A stretch of DNA of 62,595 nucleotides, counting the filler, from Nemertoderma westbladi (lineage: Eukaryota > Animalia > Xenacoelomorpha), in NCBI GenBank assembly GCA_032718475.1. It is 3 parts of 3 records of this genome, joined end to end, with 100 filler letters (N's around TTAATTAATTAA, not from the genome) between each part and the next. Parts side by side here need not be neighbours in the genome. Positions count along the whole stretch, not along the records: positions 48,665 to 62,595 come from JAUCBJ010001363.1; 2 more parts are not named here. One strand, 5' to 3'. The notes beneath the pieces were generated by a model that worked only from the letters and a program-made list of their open reading frames with translations, did no database searches and was not told the DNA's origin. Below are positions 49,584 to 61,549 of this stretch, in pieces. Position 1 is the stretch's first letter. The number at the start of each line of letters is the position of its first letter. The position numbers and the translations under genes are program-made.

Positions 49584-51765
49584 GCACCTACCTCCCCTCG
49601 CCACTATCCACCGTCTCCAACCGCATCTACCGCCCCCCGCCACTTTCCTCGCCACTATCCGCCGTCTCCAACCGCACCTACCGCCCCCCCGCCACTTTCC
49701 TCGCCACTATCCGCCGTCTCCAACCGCATCTACCGCCCCCCGCCACTTTCCTCGCCACTATCCACCGTCTCCAACCGCATCTACCGCCCCCCGCCACTTT
49801 CCTCGCCACTATCCACCGTCTCCAACCGCATCTACCGCCCCCCGCCACTTTCCTCGCCACTATCCACCGTCTCCAACCGCATCTACCGCCCCCCGTCACT
49901 TTCCTCGCCACTATCCACCGTCTCCAACCGCATCTACCGCCCCCCGCCACTTTCCTCGCCACTATCCACCGTCTCCAACCATCTACCGCCCCCCCGCCAC
50001 TTTCCTCGCCACTATCCACCGTCTCCAACCGCATCTACCGCCCCCCGCCACTTTCCTCGCCACTATCCGCCGTCTCCAACCGCATCTACCGCACCCCGCC
50101 ACTTTCCACGCCACTATCAGCCGTCTCCAACCGCATCTACCGCCCCCCGCCACTTTCCTCGCCACTATCCACCGTCTCCAACCGCATCTACCGCCCCCCG
50201 CACTTTCCTCGCCACTATCCACCGTCTCCAACCGCATCTACCGCACCCCGCCACTTTCCACGCCACTATCAGCCGTCTCCAACCGCATCTACCGCCCCCC
50301 GCCACTTTCCTCGCCACTATCCACCGTCTCCAACCGCATCTACCGCCCCCCGCCACTTTCCTCGCCACTATCCACCGTCTCCAACCGCATCTACGCCCCC
50401 CCGCCACTTTCCTCGCCACTATCCGCCGTCTCCAACCGCATCTACCGCACCCGCCACTTTCCTCGCCACTATCCGCCGTCTCCAACCGCATCTACCGCCC
50501 CCCGCCACTTTCCTCGCCACTATCCGCCGTCTCCAACAGCATCTACCGCCCCCGCCACTTTCCTCCCCACTATCCACCTTCTCCAACCGCATCTACCTCC
50601 CCCCGCCACTTTCCTCGCCACTATCCGCCGTCTCCAACAGCATCTACCGCCCCCCCCCCCGCCACTTTCCTCGCCACTATCCGCCGTCTCAACAGCATAT
50701 ACCTCCCCCGCCACTTTCCTCCCACTATCCACCGTCTCCAACCGCATCTACCGCTTCCCGCCACTTTCCTCGCCACTCGACTCACTATCAGCCGTCTCCA
50801 ACAGCATCTACCGCCCCCCCCCCCCCCCCCCGCCACTTTCCTCGCCACTATCCACCGTCTCCAACCGCATCTACCGCCCCCGCCACTTTCCTCGCCACTA
50901 TCCGCCGTCTCCAACAGCATCTACCTCCCCCGCCACTTTCCTCCCTACTATCCACCGTCTCCAACCGCATCTACCGCCCCCCGCCACTTTCCTCCCCACT
51001 ATCAGCCGTCTCAACCGCATCTACCGCCCCCGCCACTTTCCTCGCCACTATCAGCCGTCTCCAACAGCATCTACCGCCCCCGCCACGTTCCTCCATACTA
51101 TCCACCGTCTCCAACCGCATCTACCTCCCCCCGCCACTTTCCTCGCCACTATCCGCCGTCTCCAACCGCATCTACCGCCCCCCGCCACTTTCCTCGCCAC
51201 TATCAGCCGTCTCCAACCGCATCTACCGCCCCCCGCCACTTTCCTCCCCACTATCCACCGTCTCCAACCGCATCTACCGCTTCCCGCCACTTTCCTCGCC
51301 ACTCGACTCACTATCAGCCGTCTCCAACAGCATCTACCGCCCCCCCCCCCCCGCCACTTTCCTCGCCACTATCCACCGTCTCCAACCGCATCTACCGCCC
51401 CCGCCACTTTCCTCGCCACTATCCGCCGTCTCCAACAGCATCTACCGCCCCCCGCCACTTTCCTCCCCACTATCCACCGTCTCCAACCGCATCTACCGCA
51501 CCCCGCCACTTTCCTCGCCACTATCCACCGTCTCCAACCGCATCTACCTCCCCCCGCCACTTTCCTCGCCACTATCCGCCGTCTCCAACCGCATCTACCT
51601 CCCCCCGCCACTTTCCTCACCACTCGACTCACTATCCGCCGTCACCAACCGCATCTACCGCCCCCCGCCACTTTCCTCGCCACTATCCACCGTCTCCAAC
51701 CGCATCTACCTCCCCCCGCCACTTTCCTCGCCACTCGACTCACTATCAGCCGTCTCCAACCATAT
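49584..51765 (-). repeat. 51-bp minisatellite derived from the eIF4G2 3' coding end, about 42 copies
   Basis: Minus-strand unit TAG ATG CGG TTG GAG ACG GYG GAT AGT GGC GAG GAA AGT GGC GGG GGG CGG, continuous with the gene's last codons. Confidence 0.92.
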
Positions 51766-54414
51766 CAACCACTGATTGACCTGTATCAACGCCTTCCCCT
51801 TACCGGGACAGTCGTGATCCACATCTTCCCGCCAACGAAGAAACACCGCGTCTTCTATCACATCCAACTCGTAAAAGATGACGAACAAACAGATGAGCAT
51901 GTCCTTCGGGAAGTTTTCCTCGTAACAGACCCGCTGGATGGAGTAAACAGCCTCCAGTTGTAAATTAGCATCCTCATGTAGGAACTTCAGTAGTAAAGGC
52001 CTCATAGCCTTAACGAACTCTTTATCTATAACATCACCATCAACCTGCTTTACGCTCCTCGCATAACGAACTATATTAGACACTAAAACATCAATAAAAT
52101 CTTTGTTATTAAAGAACGAAGCGTCAACATTATCCTTGATCCACTTATAGAGTGTCGAACCAGCGGAGTGACCAGGTATGGCCTCCAACAACGTGGTTTC
52201 TAACTTGAGCATCGGTTGCAAGAAAGAAACTTTTTGTTCCTCCAATATCTCCAACAGCTTAACTTTGTCCACTTTCTCCGGGATGAGTCCATTAATACTG
52301 ATTTTAGAATCTTTAAAGCGGTGCGCTGCTTTAGTTTCCCCTTCCAAATCGGCTAATTGACGAATAAATTTCAAACAGATCGGGAAGTGTCTCGAATCTA
52401 CGAGACACTCGATAGCTGAAGACAAATCGAAGGCACCGTGGAACACTAGCCGCGCTAGTAATCCCGCGAGAACCACTTTAAAATCCCTAACCTCCTCATC
52501 AGAACTCCCAAAAATCTTTCCAAATCCCTCGGCTAGTTGGGCGGAGTTCACTATGTTCTCATTGTGAATGTTAAGCAATACATTTGACACGGTATCGAGT
52601 AGAGATTCGTCTCTAACGACGGCTGCGGCGGTTCCCATCACGTAGGATTTAACGAACAGAGTGGTGGCTGATCCGGGGATCTTACTACCTTTTATCGCGC
52701 TAACAATATCCGCAGCTCGTTGCTGGTTACACGTATCGGAAGCGGCGGTGACCGCGATATCAATAACCTCGGCGTTACTCATCGCCAACTTCTTCGATTT
52801 ATCGCGATTGGACTTTCCCAGTTTGATGGTAATCAAATTGGGATTGGATCCGCAGAGGATGGGCCCAGGAGGGAGCGGTTGGGCGTCGCGGAATTGCTTT
52901 CCAACAGTGCGGGGGGCGGCTACTTGCGGCTGCGTATAGACAGCGCCCTGAGGTCTGAGAGCCACCGCGCCGCCCTCCACACTGCGAGCCACACTATCCG
53001 CCGTCTTATGGACATCCAACTTCCGCTGTTCCATTTGTTTAAATCGAGGAGCCCCCACTGACTGCTTGGTCTTGCCTGTCCGGTTGTATCGAGAAGTTGA
53101 TGGCTCAATAGGCATCGAAGAATCCCGAGACTTAAAGTTAGAATTAAGGTTGTTGTTATATATTTTCGTTTGTTTAAGATAACCTGATCTGGAGTTGAGA
53201 AATCCGAGGTGATTGGTAGGAGGATCATCTGTAATGAATCCCGGGTCCGAGGAACGCGAAGGTAAATCCGCGAACAGGTCATCGCGTATCTGTCCGCCGG
53301 CAGATTGCCTCGCTTTGCCATGGCGGCCTCCGCTGGAGGTTGTTGATAGGAACACCCCCAGCTCCTTGGCCGCGTCGTGTCTCACCGCGTTGATCGTCTT
53401 GGGCCCCTGATCCACGGCCCCTCCGCCGCGCAGCGGTCGCCACAAGTTCCCCCGCAACTCGATAACATCCTGCAGCATGAAACGTATTCGAGGCGGCAGC
53501 GATTGGATCGCTTGCAACACCTTCATGCGTTCGAAGTATTGATCAATAAGACGCTTCGCCACATCAGTATCTATCTTATATCCAGTTGTTGTGAATATCT
53601 GGCAAAGGCACTCCAGATCCTTGCACTGGTCTTGGAGTGATTGTTTCTTTTTCTTCTCAAGAAGCGACTTAATACACATGTGCAGAATAGACTCGTGTAC
53701 CATATCGTGTTTTGCGAGTTCTCCAATAAACCGTATATTACCGAGCATCTTCCTCTTGGACAGTGAATATGCTTCCTCTTGCTCCGCAGTAAGGGATTCA
53801 CGACTCTCGAACGAAGCGGAATCACTGGCTCTGTTTTCAAACTCATCTCTACACTTAGCGAGAAGAAGGCGGCTAAACGTTGACGGGGTGGAATTATTTG
53901 GATAGTTTTTGTCTGGACTGGAACTTCCATCAGAGGATATGTCGTTGAAGTTAGGACAGTCGGTCGCCAATCGGCTGCAAAGCTTAGCATAAAGGAAACT
54001 GTATTGGACTTCGTCGAGGGCTTTCTCGAATATCAGTAGGATTATTCCTTTGAGGATGTGTTTTGAGGTGATGCCTACATTTATAATCTCTGCGGTTAAA
54101 TATTCAAATTTTTCTGGAGTGAGACGATTAAGAGTTCCCCTAACTTTGCGGAATATGAGATCATCGTTGTTTAAGGGCTGTCGGTTTGGCCGGAAAGCGT
54201 GGTGGTAGGGGCTGGGGGGTGGCGTACCTCTCAGGTGGGTGATTGTATCTCTTAAGATGTTCTCATTGTGCGCTTGGGAATTTCTTTGGGAATTAGTTGA
54301 ATTAGAAACAGTGACAGTCGTTGGTAGACACTGTGTTGGTAGCGAGTTGCCACTCTGTGCAGGAATTGCACACTGTAAAGTAGTCAAACTGTGTGAAATG
54401 CTTGACCCTTCCAC
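51706..54414 (-). CDS. EIF4G2: Eukaryotic translation initiation factor 4 gamma 2 (DAP5/NAT1/p97), GTG start
   Basis: MIF4G domain (DLIFRKVRGTLNRLTPEKF, LKGIILLIFEKALDE, KRKMLGNIRFIGEL, RIRFMLQDVIELR), GPKTI..VR, MA3-like region, W2 domain (FYELDVIEDAVFLRWRED...PGKGKAL.QVNQWL.WLETA). The first in-frame ATG falls inside MIF4G, whereas AAAAGTGGAAG lies at 54414. Confidence 0.93.
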   Translation of the reverse strand: MEGSSISHSLTTLQCAIPAQSGNSLPTQCLPTTVTVSNSTNSQRNSQAHNENILRDTITHLRGTPPPSPYHHAFRPNRQPLNNDDLIFRKVRGTLNRLTPEKFEYLTAEIINVGITSKHILKGIILLIFEKALDEVQYSFLYAKLCSRLATDCPNFNDISSDGSSSPDKNYPNNSTPSTFSRLLLAKCRDEFENRASDSASFESRESLTAEQEEAYSLSKRKMLGNIRFIGELAKHDMVHESILHMCIKSLLEKKKKQSLQDQCKDLECLCQIFTTTGYKIDTDVAKRLIDQYFERMKVLQAIQSLPPRIRFMLQDVIELRGNLWRPLRGGGAVDQGPKTINAVRHDAAKELGVFLSTTSSGGRHGKARQSAGGQIRDDLFADLPSRSSDPGFITDDPPTNHLGFLNSRSGYLKQTKIYNNNLNSNFKSRDSSMPIEPSTSRYNRTGKTKQSVGAPRFKQMEQRKLDVHKTADSVARSVEGGAVALRPQGAVYTQPQVAAPRTVGKQFRDAQPLPPGPILCGSNPNLITIKLGKSNRDKSKKLAMSNAEVIDIAVTAASDTCNQQRAADIVSAIKGSKIPGSATTLFVKSYVMGTAAAVVRDESLLDTVSNVLLNIHNENIVNSAQLAEGFGKIFGSSDEEVRDFKVVLAGLLARLVFHGAFDLSSAIECLVDSRHFPICLKFIRQLADLEGETKAAHRFKDSKISINGLIPEKVDKVKLLEILEEQKVSFLQPMLKLETTLLEAIPGHSAGSTLYKWIKDNVDASFFNNKDFIDVLVSNIVRYARSVKQVDGDVIDKEFVKAMRPLLLKFLHEDANLQLEAVYSIQRVCYEENFPKDMLICLFVIFYELDVIEDAVFLRWREDVDHDCPGKGKALIQVNQWLIWLETADSESSGEESGGGR

Positions 54415-55234
54415 TTTTATAGTTGTTTTCTATGCACCGCAATAATACGTTACTTACCTCTGAAAATACCAACAGATTCAAAAATGTCTAAAACTATTTT
54501 GCATCCAGATATGTAAATTTTGGGTGTTGAACAATTTATGTGTTGACAATTGGATATCTAACAAATATTATTGGCCTCTGATCCGTAATTACTAATTTAC
54601 CATAAAGTTAAAGGTATTAAAAATATAGCTGTTATGACGAAGAGTTTAGATTAGAATTCCGTTTCTCAGATTATATATTATTACAATCATAAATAAGATA
54701 CAATTAAATTAACAGTAGGCTGGTAGGTACCGATAAGTGTAAGTGTACAGTAAGTACTAGGCTGGTAGGTACCGATAAGTGTAAGTGTACAGTAAGTACT
54801 AGGCAGGTAGGCCAGGCCTACTATCTGACTATAAAAGGTAATATTGGCAGAATAGCTGAATAGTACCGGTGTAACAGAGAATTTTCTCTCCCCATGCAAA
54901 ATCACTCCCTGGTTAAAATTCCCTAGTGTATTCTCACTCCCGGGGTGTAATTTCCCTAGTTTATTTTAACCCTCTCCAGTGAAAACTCGCCCCTGCATTT
55001 ATAACTTTTCATTCTCAATTTAGGGAAAGGAGCAGGTTACAGTGGCACGTTAATTTAAATAAAACAATAAACTAAACACAATAGAACAGGTTACAGTTTT
55101 ATTTTTGAGAGTAATCAACTGTTATTTGCGTCCAATTTCCCTTGGAGAGGGATGAATTTTTATTCGTCCACTCCCCCCCCCCCCCCCCCCCCCCCTATCT
55201 GGCAAATCCATCCCCAGATCCCTGGTTAAATAGG

Positions 55235-58030
55235 GTCCACATAGCTCATATAAATATTTGCAGCTTGCTACCGAAGATGACTGAAATGCGCTTGATACTT
55301 GAATGCGGTACAATATCTATACTGGCTATAACTGAGACGTGGCTAGATGCAACAATTTGCGATGATGAGATTTATATACCAGACTACACCTCATATCGCA
55401 GAGATAGGAACCGCCATGGTGGGGGTGTAGCTCTATATATCCGAAACACACTAACATTCAATATTATGATGCAATGGTCAATGCAAGGCCCATCTGAAAT
55501 GTTGTTTGGTGAGCTACGTCTAACTGCAACCAAACCTATCCTCATAGGCGTGGTTTACAGACCTGAATATGACAATACCTTTTTCGAAAGTCTGGAAAGT
55601 ACAATTCAGGAAGTCATTTATAACGAATGTATAATTGTTGGTGACACTAACGTGGACATGACTTCTGCTGTAGATAAAAAAACAGGATTGATTATCAAAA
55701 GTATTTCTAGTATTACTGATCCAAAGCCGGAGCTCAAAAAACAAATGCGCAAATGCATTAAGCCTCACCCAATTGATAACAGAACCTACAAGAGTTACAG
55801 CAGCGACATCAACTATTATAGATCATGTCTTTGTTTCCCGAACTGATATGGTATCGTCCTATGGAGTGATAATTGAGCGATTAAGTGACCACTACATTGT
55901 ATATGTAACTAGGAAAAGATCAAAGCCAGAAAAAGCAATACCTAAGGAGATACTCTGTAGGTCATATGCACGGTATTCAAAGGACGTGTTTGCCCAGGAA
56001 CTACAAGTGCTTATTACCGCCAAAACAACAAATAACGATGGAGATGTTAACACAGCAGCAGAAAACTTATCTTCTGTTTTAATACAAGCCTTAGACAAAG
56101 TGGCGCCACTTCGTAAATCACGAGTAAAATCGCATAAACAGCCATGGGTCGATCGTGAAGTAATACAATCTATAATCGATAGAAATAATGCTGCGCGGAA
56201 GCTCCATACTAAGCGAACAGAAGGGGCAGAAATTGATTATAGAACTGCACGCAATAATACTACTGCCTTAATCAAGATTAAAAAAAGAAATTACATACGA
56301 ACATCACTAGATAATGCAAAATGTGACACAAAGAAATTGTGGAAGGCACTGCAACTAGTTGGGCCGCCAACAAAAATGGGGAAAAAAAGGGATCACAGGG
56401 ACCTACAGCACTGGAAATGAATGGAGAGATTTGCCATAACCCCATTGACATTAGTAACCATCTAAATGACTTCTTCACGAGTGTAGCAGGTGAATTATTA
56501 GCTAAACTACCTCAACCATCAGGACGGTATGATCATGTAGCAACAACTGATTATTATCGGCGACAAGGGATTATCCGTAACAGACTGGACCTATCTCCCA
56601 CAAATGAAGCTGAGATCGCTAAAATAATATCTGACCTTGATGAAACCAAGGCCACTGGCTCGGATGGTATACCAGTCAAAGTTATCAAAGATGGATTATC
56701 AGCAATAGTGATTCCATTAACTGATATTGTGAATGAATCAATTGAAACATCCACCTTCCCAGACATCTACAAACTCGCTAAAGTGGCAGCTGCCTTCAAG
56801 AAAGGGCGTAATCTAGAACGTGGAAACTATAGACCTTTATCTCTTCTCCCGATACTATCAAAGGTTGTAGAGCGTGCGGTCTATAATCAGGTTAAGATAT
56901 ACTCAATTGAATCTGGCATCCTTAACAAATATCAATCAGCCTTCCGCGATGGGTATTCAACAGAGACAGCGCTGCTATTGGTTGACAACTACATACGAGT
57001 AGCGATGGAACAGGGTAAAATGACAGGAATGATATTAATTGACTTTAAAAAAGCATTTGATACGGTGAATCATGACATTCTAGTTCAAAAGCTACAAGCT
57101 ATAGGTGCAACTAAGAAGACACAGGAATGGTTCAGATCATATTTGACCAACAGGAGACAATATGTTGTTGTAAATGGTTCTAAGTCTGAGGTAAAACCAA
57201 TCGACAATGGTGTACCGCAAGGTTCGATTCTAGGTGTCTGGTTGTACCTAGTTAATAGTAATGATTTTGACCAGGTCCTAGAGCAGGTATCGCAAGTACA
57301 AATGATAACTGATGGAAAATAAGATATACTGCTACCAAAGTTCGCTGATGATGTTGGCCTGCTTAAGTGTGATCAAAATCTTGAGGTAATTCAAAAATCC
57401 CTGCAAAATACTATGGATAGAGTAATCGAGTGGTGCATACAGAACCGTCTAACTATCAATCTTGACAAAACTGAAAGTATCTTGCTTGGTACAACACAAC
57501 GACTACCTGATTCCACGCTGCAGATAACGTGTATGGGAACTGATATTAAACCGAAGAAATGCGTAACTTATCTTGGTTCAATGATTAATTCGACACTATC
57601 GGGTGTTGAAATGGCTACAAAAACCCTGAAGAAAGGTAACGCACGTCTTAAATACCTACACCGAAATGGGGCTTTATTATCCAGGGAACTCCGGAGAATG
57701 CTATGTAACTGTCTTATACAGCCGCACCTAGATTACGCGTCATCAACATGGTTTATCTCTGCCCCAAAAAAACTCTGTGACCAATTAGAAGCGCTGCAGC
57801 GAAAGTGCATTCGTTACTGCCTAGGAATGGGTCCACGATCCCACATCAACTCCTCCCACTTCATTGCCATAAACTGGCTGCCAATACGGCTGCGAGTGCA
57901 GTCAGTAATTCTGTCGCACATGTACCGTATTTCCCACGGTACGTCACCTCCATATCTATGCGAACTGGTAGAGTTTCACGAAGGTCGACCTGGGATGCGT
58001 AGACCCTCAAACCGCGCACTTCTACCTGTT
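55235..58030 (+). mobile_element. CR1/L2-group LINE ORF2 with frameshifts and a nonsense stop, 3' end interrupted
   Basis: HINICSL, ITETWL, GGGVALY, YRP, GDTN, EPTRVT..IDH, NYRPLSLL, DFKKAFDTV, GVPQGSILG, stop at 57320-57322, then FADD, YLG and IQPHLDY. Confidence 0.88.
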
Positions 58031-58034
58031 GTTC

Positions 58035-60415
58035 CACTAATAACATTAATGGCGGACGTGGGTCTTAGTGTACAGAATAAACCAGGCGAACCAACTTACT
58101 ATTGCCACAATGGCTCTAGCGAAATAGACCTCGTATTCAGTAACAAAGAGGTGACGGCAGTCGAGTATCAGAATATCGCACTTCGGAAACATGTACCTGT
58201 AATAGCATCCTGGGAACTTATGGATACATATTGTGCCCAACCCACAGAAGTCTCCCCCCAACTCTCTAGAAACCTCGACACAACCAAACTGGGTAAGGAT
58301 GATAGACTAAACCGGGTTCGCAATAATCTCGAGGAGGGGAATCTCGACGATGCATATGACAATTTGACGGGCGCCATTAAAGACGCCACTCTACATAAAC
58401 ACAAATCTACCCGGGCTGCGAAACCTTGGTTCGACAAAGAGTGTTTCGACTGCCGGCAGAATGTATTAAATCTACGCCGATTGGCGAAACAAGATGTACA
58501 ACTCAGAGAGCAGGCATGCAATTTGCGTAAATCGTACAAAGAACTAATAATCGCGAAACAAAACGACTACAATAAGCGAATGGAAGAGAAACTCGTTAAC
58601 GAAGCGGAATCCAATCCATATAAATGGTGCCGCTCAACCAAAACACAATCTGCAAGCACAGTACCGCTGTCCAAATGGGATGACCATTTCTCGACTCTTT
58701 ACAACACCCCAGAGGACATTGACTCGATCGATTCCAACATTATCCATTTAACGGCCCCCCCAGTCGATGTTTACGATGCCTGCAACAGGGATTTTACTGT
58801 CGAAGAGGTGGCAGCAGAAATCCAAAAGAAACCGAATGGGAAATCGGGTGGCCCTGACAATGTTACCTATGAAACATTGAAATCTGCTGCGGCACTAACA
58901 GTGTACCTGTGGGTGCTCTTGTTCAACTTCTGCATGGCAACGGGTACCATTGTATCTCTGTGGAAAACCAGTATCGTAAAGGTGCTGTATAAAGGCAAAG
59001 GTTCGAGAAACGAACCCGATTCATTCCGCGGTATCGCCCTTCTATGCAACTCCTATAAGATACTCACGGGTTTAGTTACAAAACGCCTCCGCGAATTCCT
59101 TGAGTCTGTCATCCCATACGACCAGTATGGATTCATGCCGGGACGATCAACTCAACAACCACTGAAACAATTCGTAGACTCAATTAACTCATGTCTATCT
59201 CAATCGAGGAAGCCCTTATTCGCGGCCTTTATCGATTTCAGAAAGGCATTCGATTCGGTACCAAGACAACGACTACTACACAAACTCGAACACGTGTTTA
59301 ACGTTAAAGGACGTCTGCTGCGACTGATAAAGACAATACTCAGTATGAACTACCTACAAATATTCGACGGGCTACGGAAGAGTGATTACATAACTCAAAC
59401 CCGCGGTGTTTTACAAGGAGACACACTAAGCCCATTCATATTTATATTGTTTATTTTAGACTTAATTGTTGCAATCAAACGCGCAGCCATCGCAGTAATA
59501 GTATTTCTTTTTGCTGACGACCTTCTTATCTACTGCGAATCCAGAGAAGGTCTACAAACAGCATTGAATGCAACAGCAAAGTGGGCGGCTCACAACGGAC
59601 TACAGGTTAATCTGACCAAAACCGAGATTATTAAGTTTAGGAAGGGCGGGAGGTTGTCAAGAGAAGATAAATTTTATTACAACAACGATACAGTTAAAAT
59701 TACTCTTACACCTACCTTGGCGTAATATTCCAAACAACACTCTGCTTCACAATGCATATATCGAAAATTGTAACTAAATCGCTTTCGGCTGTTCATTCGA
59801 TTAAAGATCCCAAACTGTTATCACTCGAGACAGCAATAAAACTGTTCAACCTGAAAATTCGGCCGTGTGTAACATACAGCCTCGGGATAATATGGCCGCA
59901 CCTCACAGCTACAAATTTCCTTACTCTCGATAAAATAAAGTCATCATACCTAAAACGTGTATTGGGTCTACACAAAAACACACATAATCGCCTGGTCATC
60001 GCCATCGCGCAGGAACGCAATCTATCAATAGAACTCCAAAGTAGCCACAAATTGCCAAAGACGGAGGAGTTTACAAAATATTTAAACATCAATACAGCGA
60101 AAATTTCCGAAATTGACAGCGCATTCTGGAACACACCCGCTCTAACAAGCCGAGACTGGACGAAGGCGAACTTCAAGCAAAGACACGTCATAACAAGATA
60201 TTCTGCCCATGGGTTCCACCATCTAATATGTAATACTGCCGGGTTCCACGCTGCTTCCACAGATTGTTGCTGTAAATTGTGCGGAAATCATGCCACAACG
60301 TACCATCTACTTGAATGTCCGAACAACCATCGCAGTCTAACCTACTGGGCCACAGATGTTGGTTTTTAACTCGATCTGATATTTTAACATAATATTTTGG
60401 GGACGTCTATTTACA
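58035..60415 (+). mobile_element. Second, 5'-truncated LINE (possibly RTEX-like) with a C-terminal Cys/His finger
   Basis: APE end PTYYCHNGSSEIDLVF, KPWFDKEC, FRGIAL, QYGF, FIDFRKAFDSV, GVLQGDTLSP, FADD, a frameshift at about 59700, YLGV, then HGFHHLIC...FH....CCCKLC...YHLLEC. Confidence 0.82.
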
Positions 60416-60515
60416 CCAAAAACACACAAAAACACACAAAAACACACAAAAACACACAAAAACTCACAAAAACACACAAAAACGCACAAAAACACACAAA
60501 AACACACAAAAACAT
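60415..60515. repeat. (AAAAACACAC)n simple repeat
   Basis: About 10 copies. Confidence 0.9.
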
Positions 60516-61549
60516 ACGGCACATAAATGAAATGCCTGCAAACCTGAATCTGAACGATAATTAATTACAGAATTATCATTGTGGTTTGGGTTGTTGTCTG
60601 TTTGTATGCCTGTTTGTATGCATGTTTGTCTGTATGGTGTGGATGTACTTAATTGTAATCCAAAACGCAAATAATTATTGCTGAAATAGGCATAGTCCAG
60701 TAGTCTACGCTCGCTACAGGCAGACAGGTACCTTCAGTATAAATTAGATCATTGATGCCCTCGATCCTCTGTGGAATTCCCATAGAACATCACATTGTCT
60801 AGGCGGATGCATTGCGCTTATTCCATCTAAACATTACTAATGATTGTGATCAGGTTATGGTTGATATAAGTTGATGATGCCTTTGATAAATTGCGCAAAC
60901 TGCGATTATTACAATGGACAGTGGTTGCGTTTCCCCAACATCTCTTTCCAAGCTTGGTGAGAATAACTCTTCCGGGAAGAAAAATATACTCGATTTATGA
61001 CTACCATCATCCTGTCATCTGATACATCATATGTTGACGTCACAGTGAATTCTCCCTGAATCTGAAACTACAGTACTAGCTCGATTCATTCATACTTTAT
61101 CATTATACACACTGTGTCTGTATTTCATATTCCCTATCCTATGCGTAATATTATTATGGTGTCCGGATATTGCAAATAATAATAATTGTGTAAAGAAATA
61201 TTATACTGCATTTTTTTGTAAGAGTTGGGTCCAAAGGTGCCAAATTATGGTTGAATTGAATGGCCGTTGTAAAACTAATTATTTGTTACATGCAGACATG
61301 GGAAAGCAAGACCAGTTATAAACCTCACTGCTTATATGTTCTAAGTTTTTTTTCCATATGTAATAGGTCTACGTAATTTTATTCTTAAATTGGTACTTCA
61401 TTGTTGCTTAATTCTTTAATAAAAGATAGAGCGATTGCGATATTGTGTTACAAAATAAATTGAACTGTTTTTCACATAAATATACTGTACAAGAGTAATA
61501 AACACTAATAGTGCTACTTTTCATACAATAATGTAAATAGTTATTATAA

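Noticed and set aside
49575-51963. 734-aa and 794-aa extensin-like Pro-rich ORFs on the + strand
   Set aside because: They are antisense readings of the 51-bp minisatellite derived from eIF4G2.
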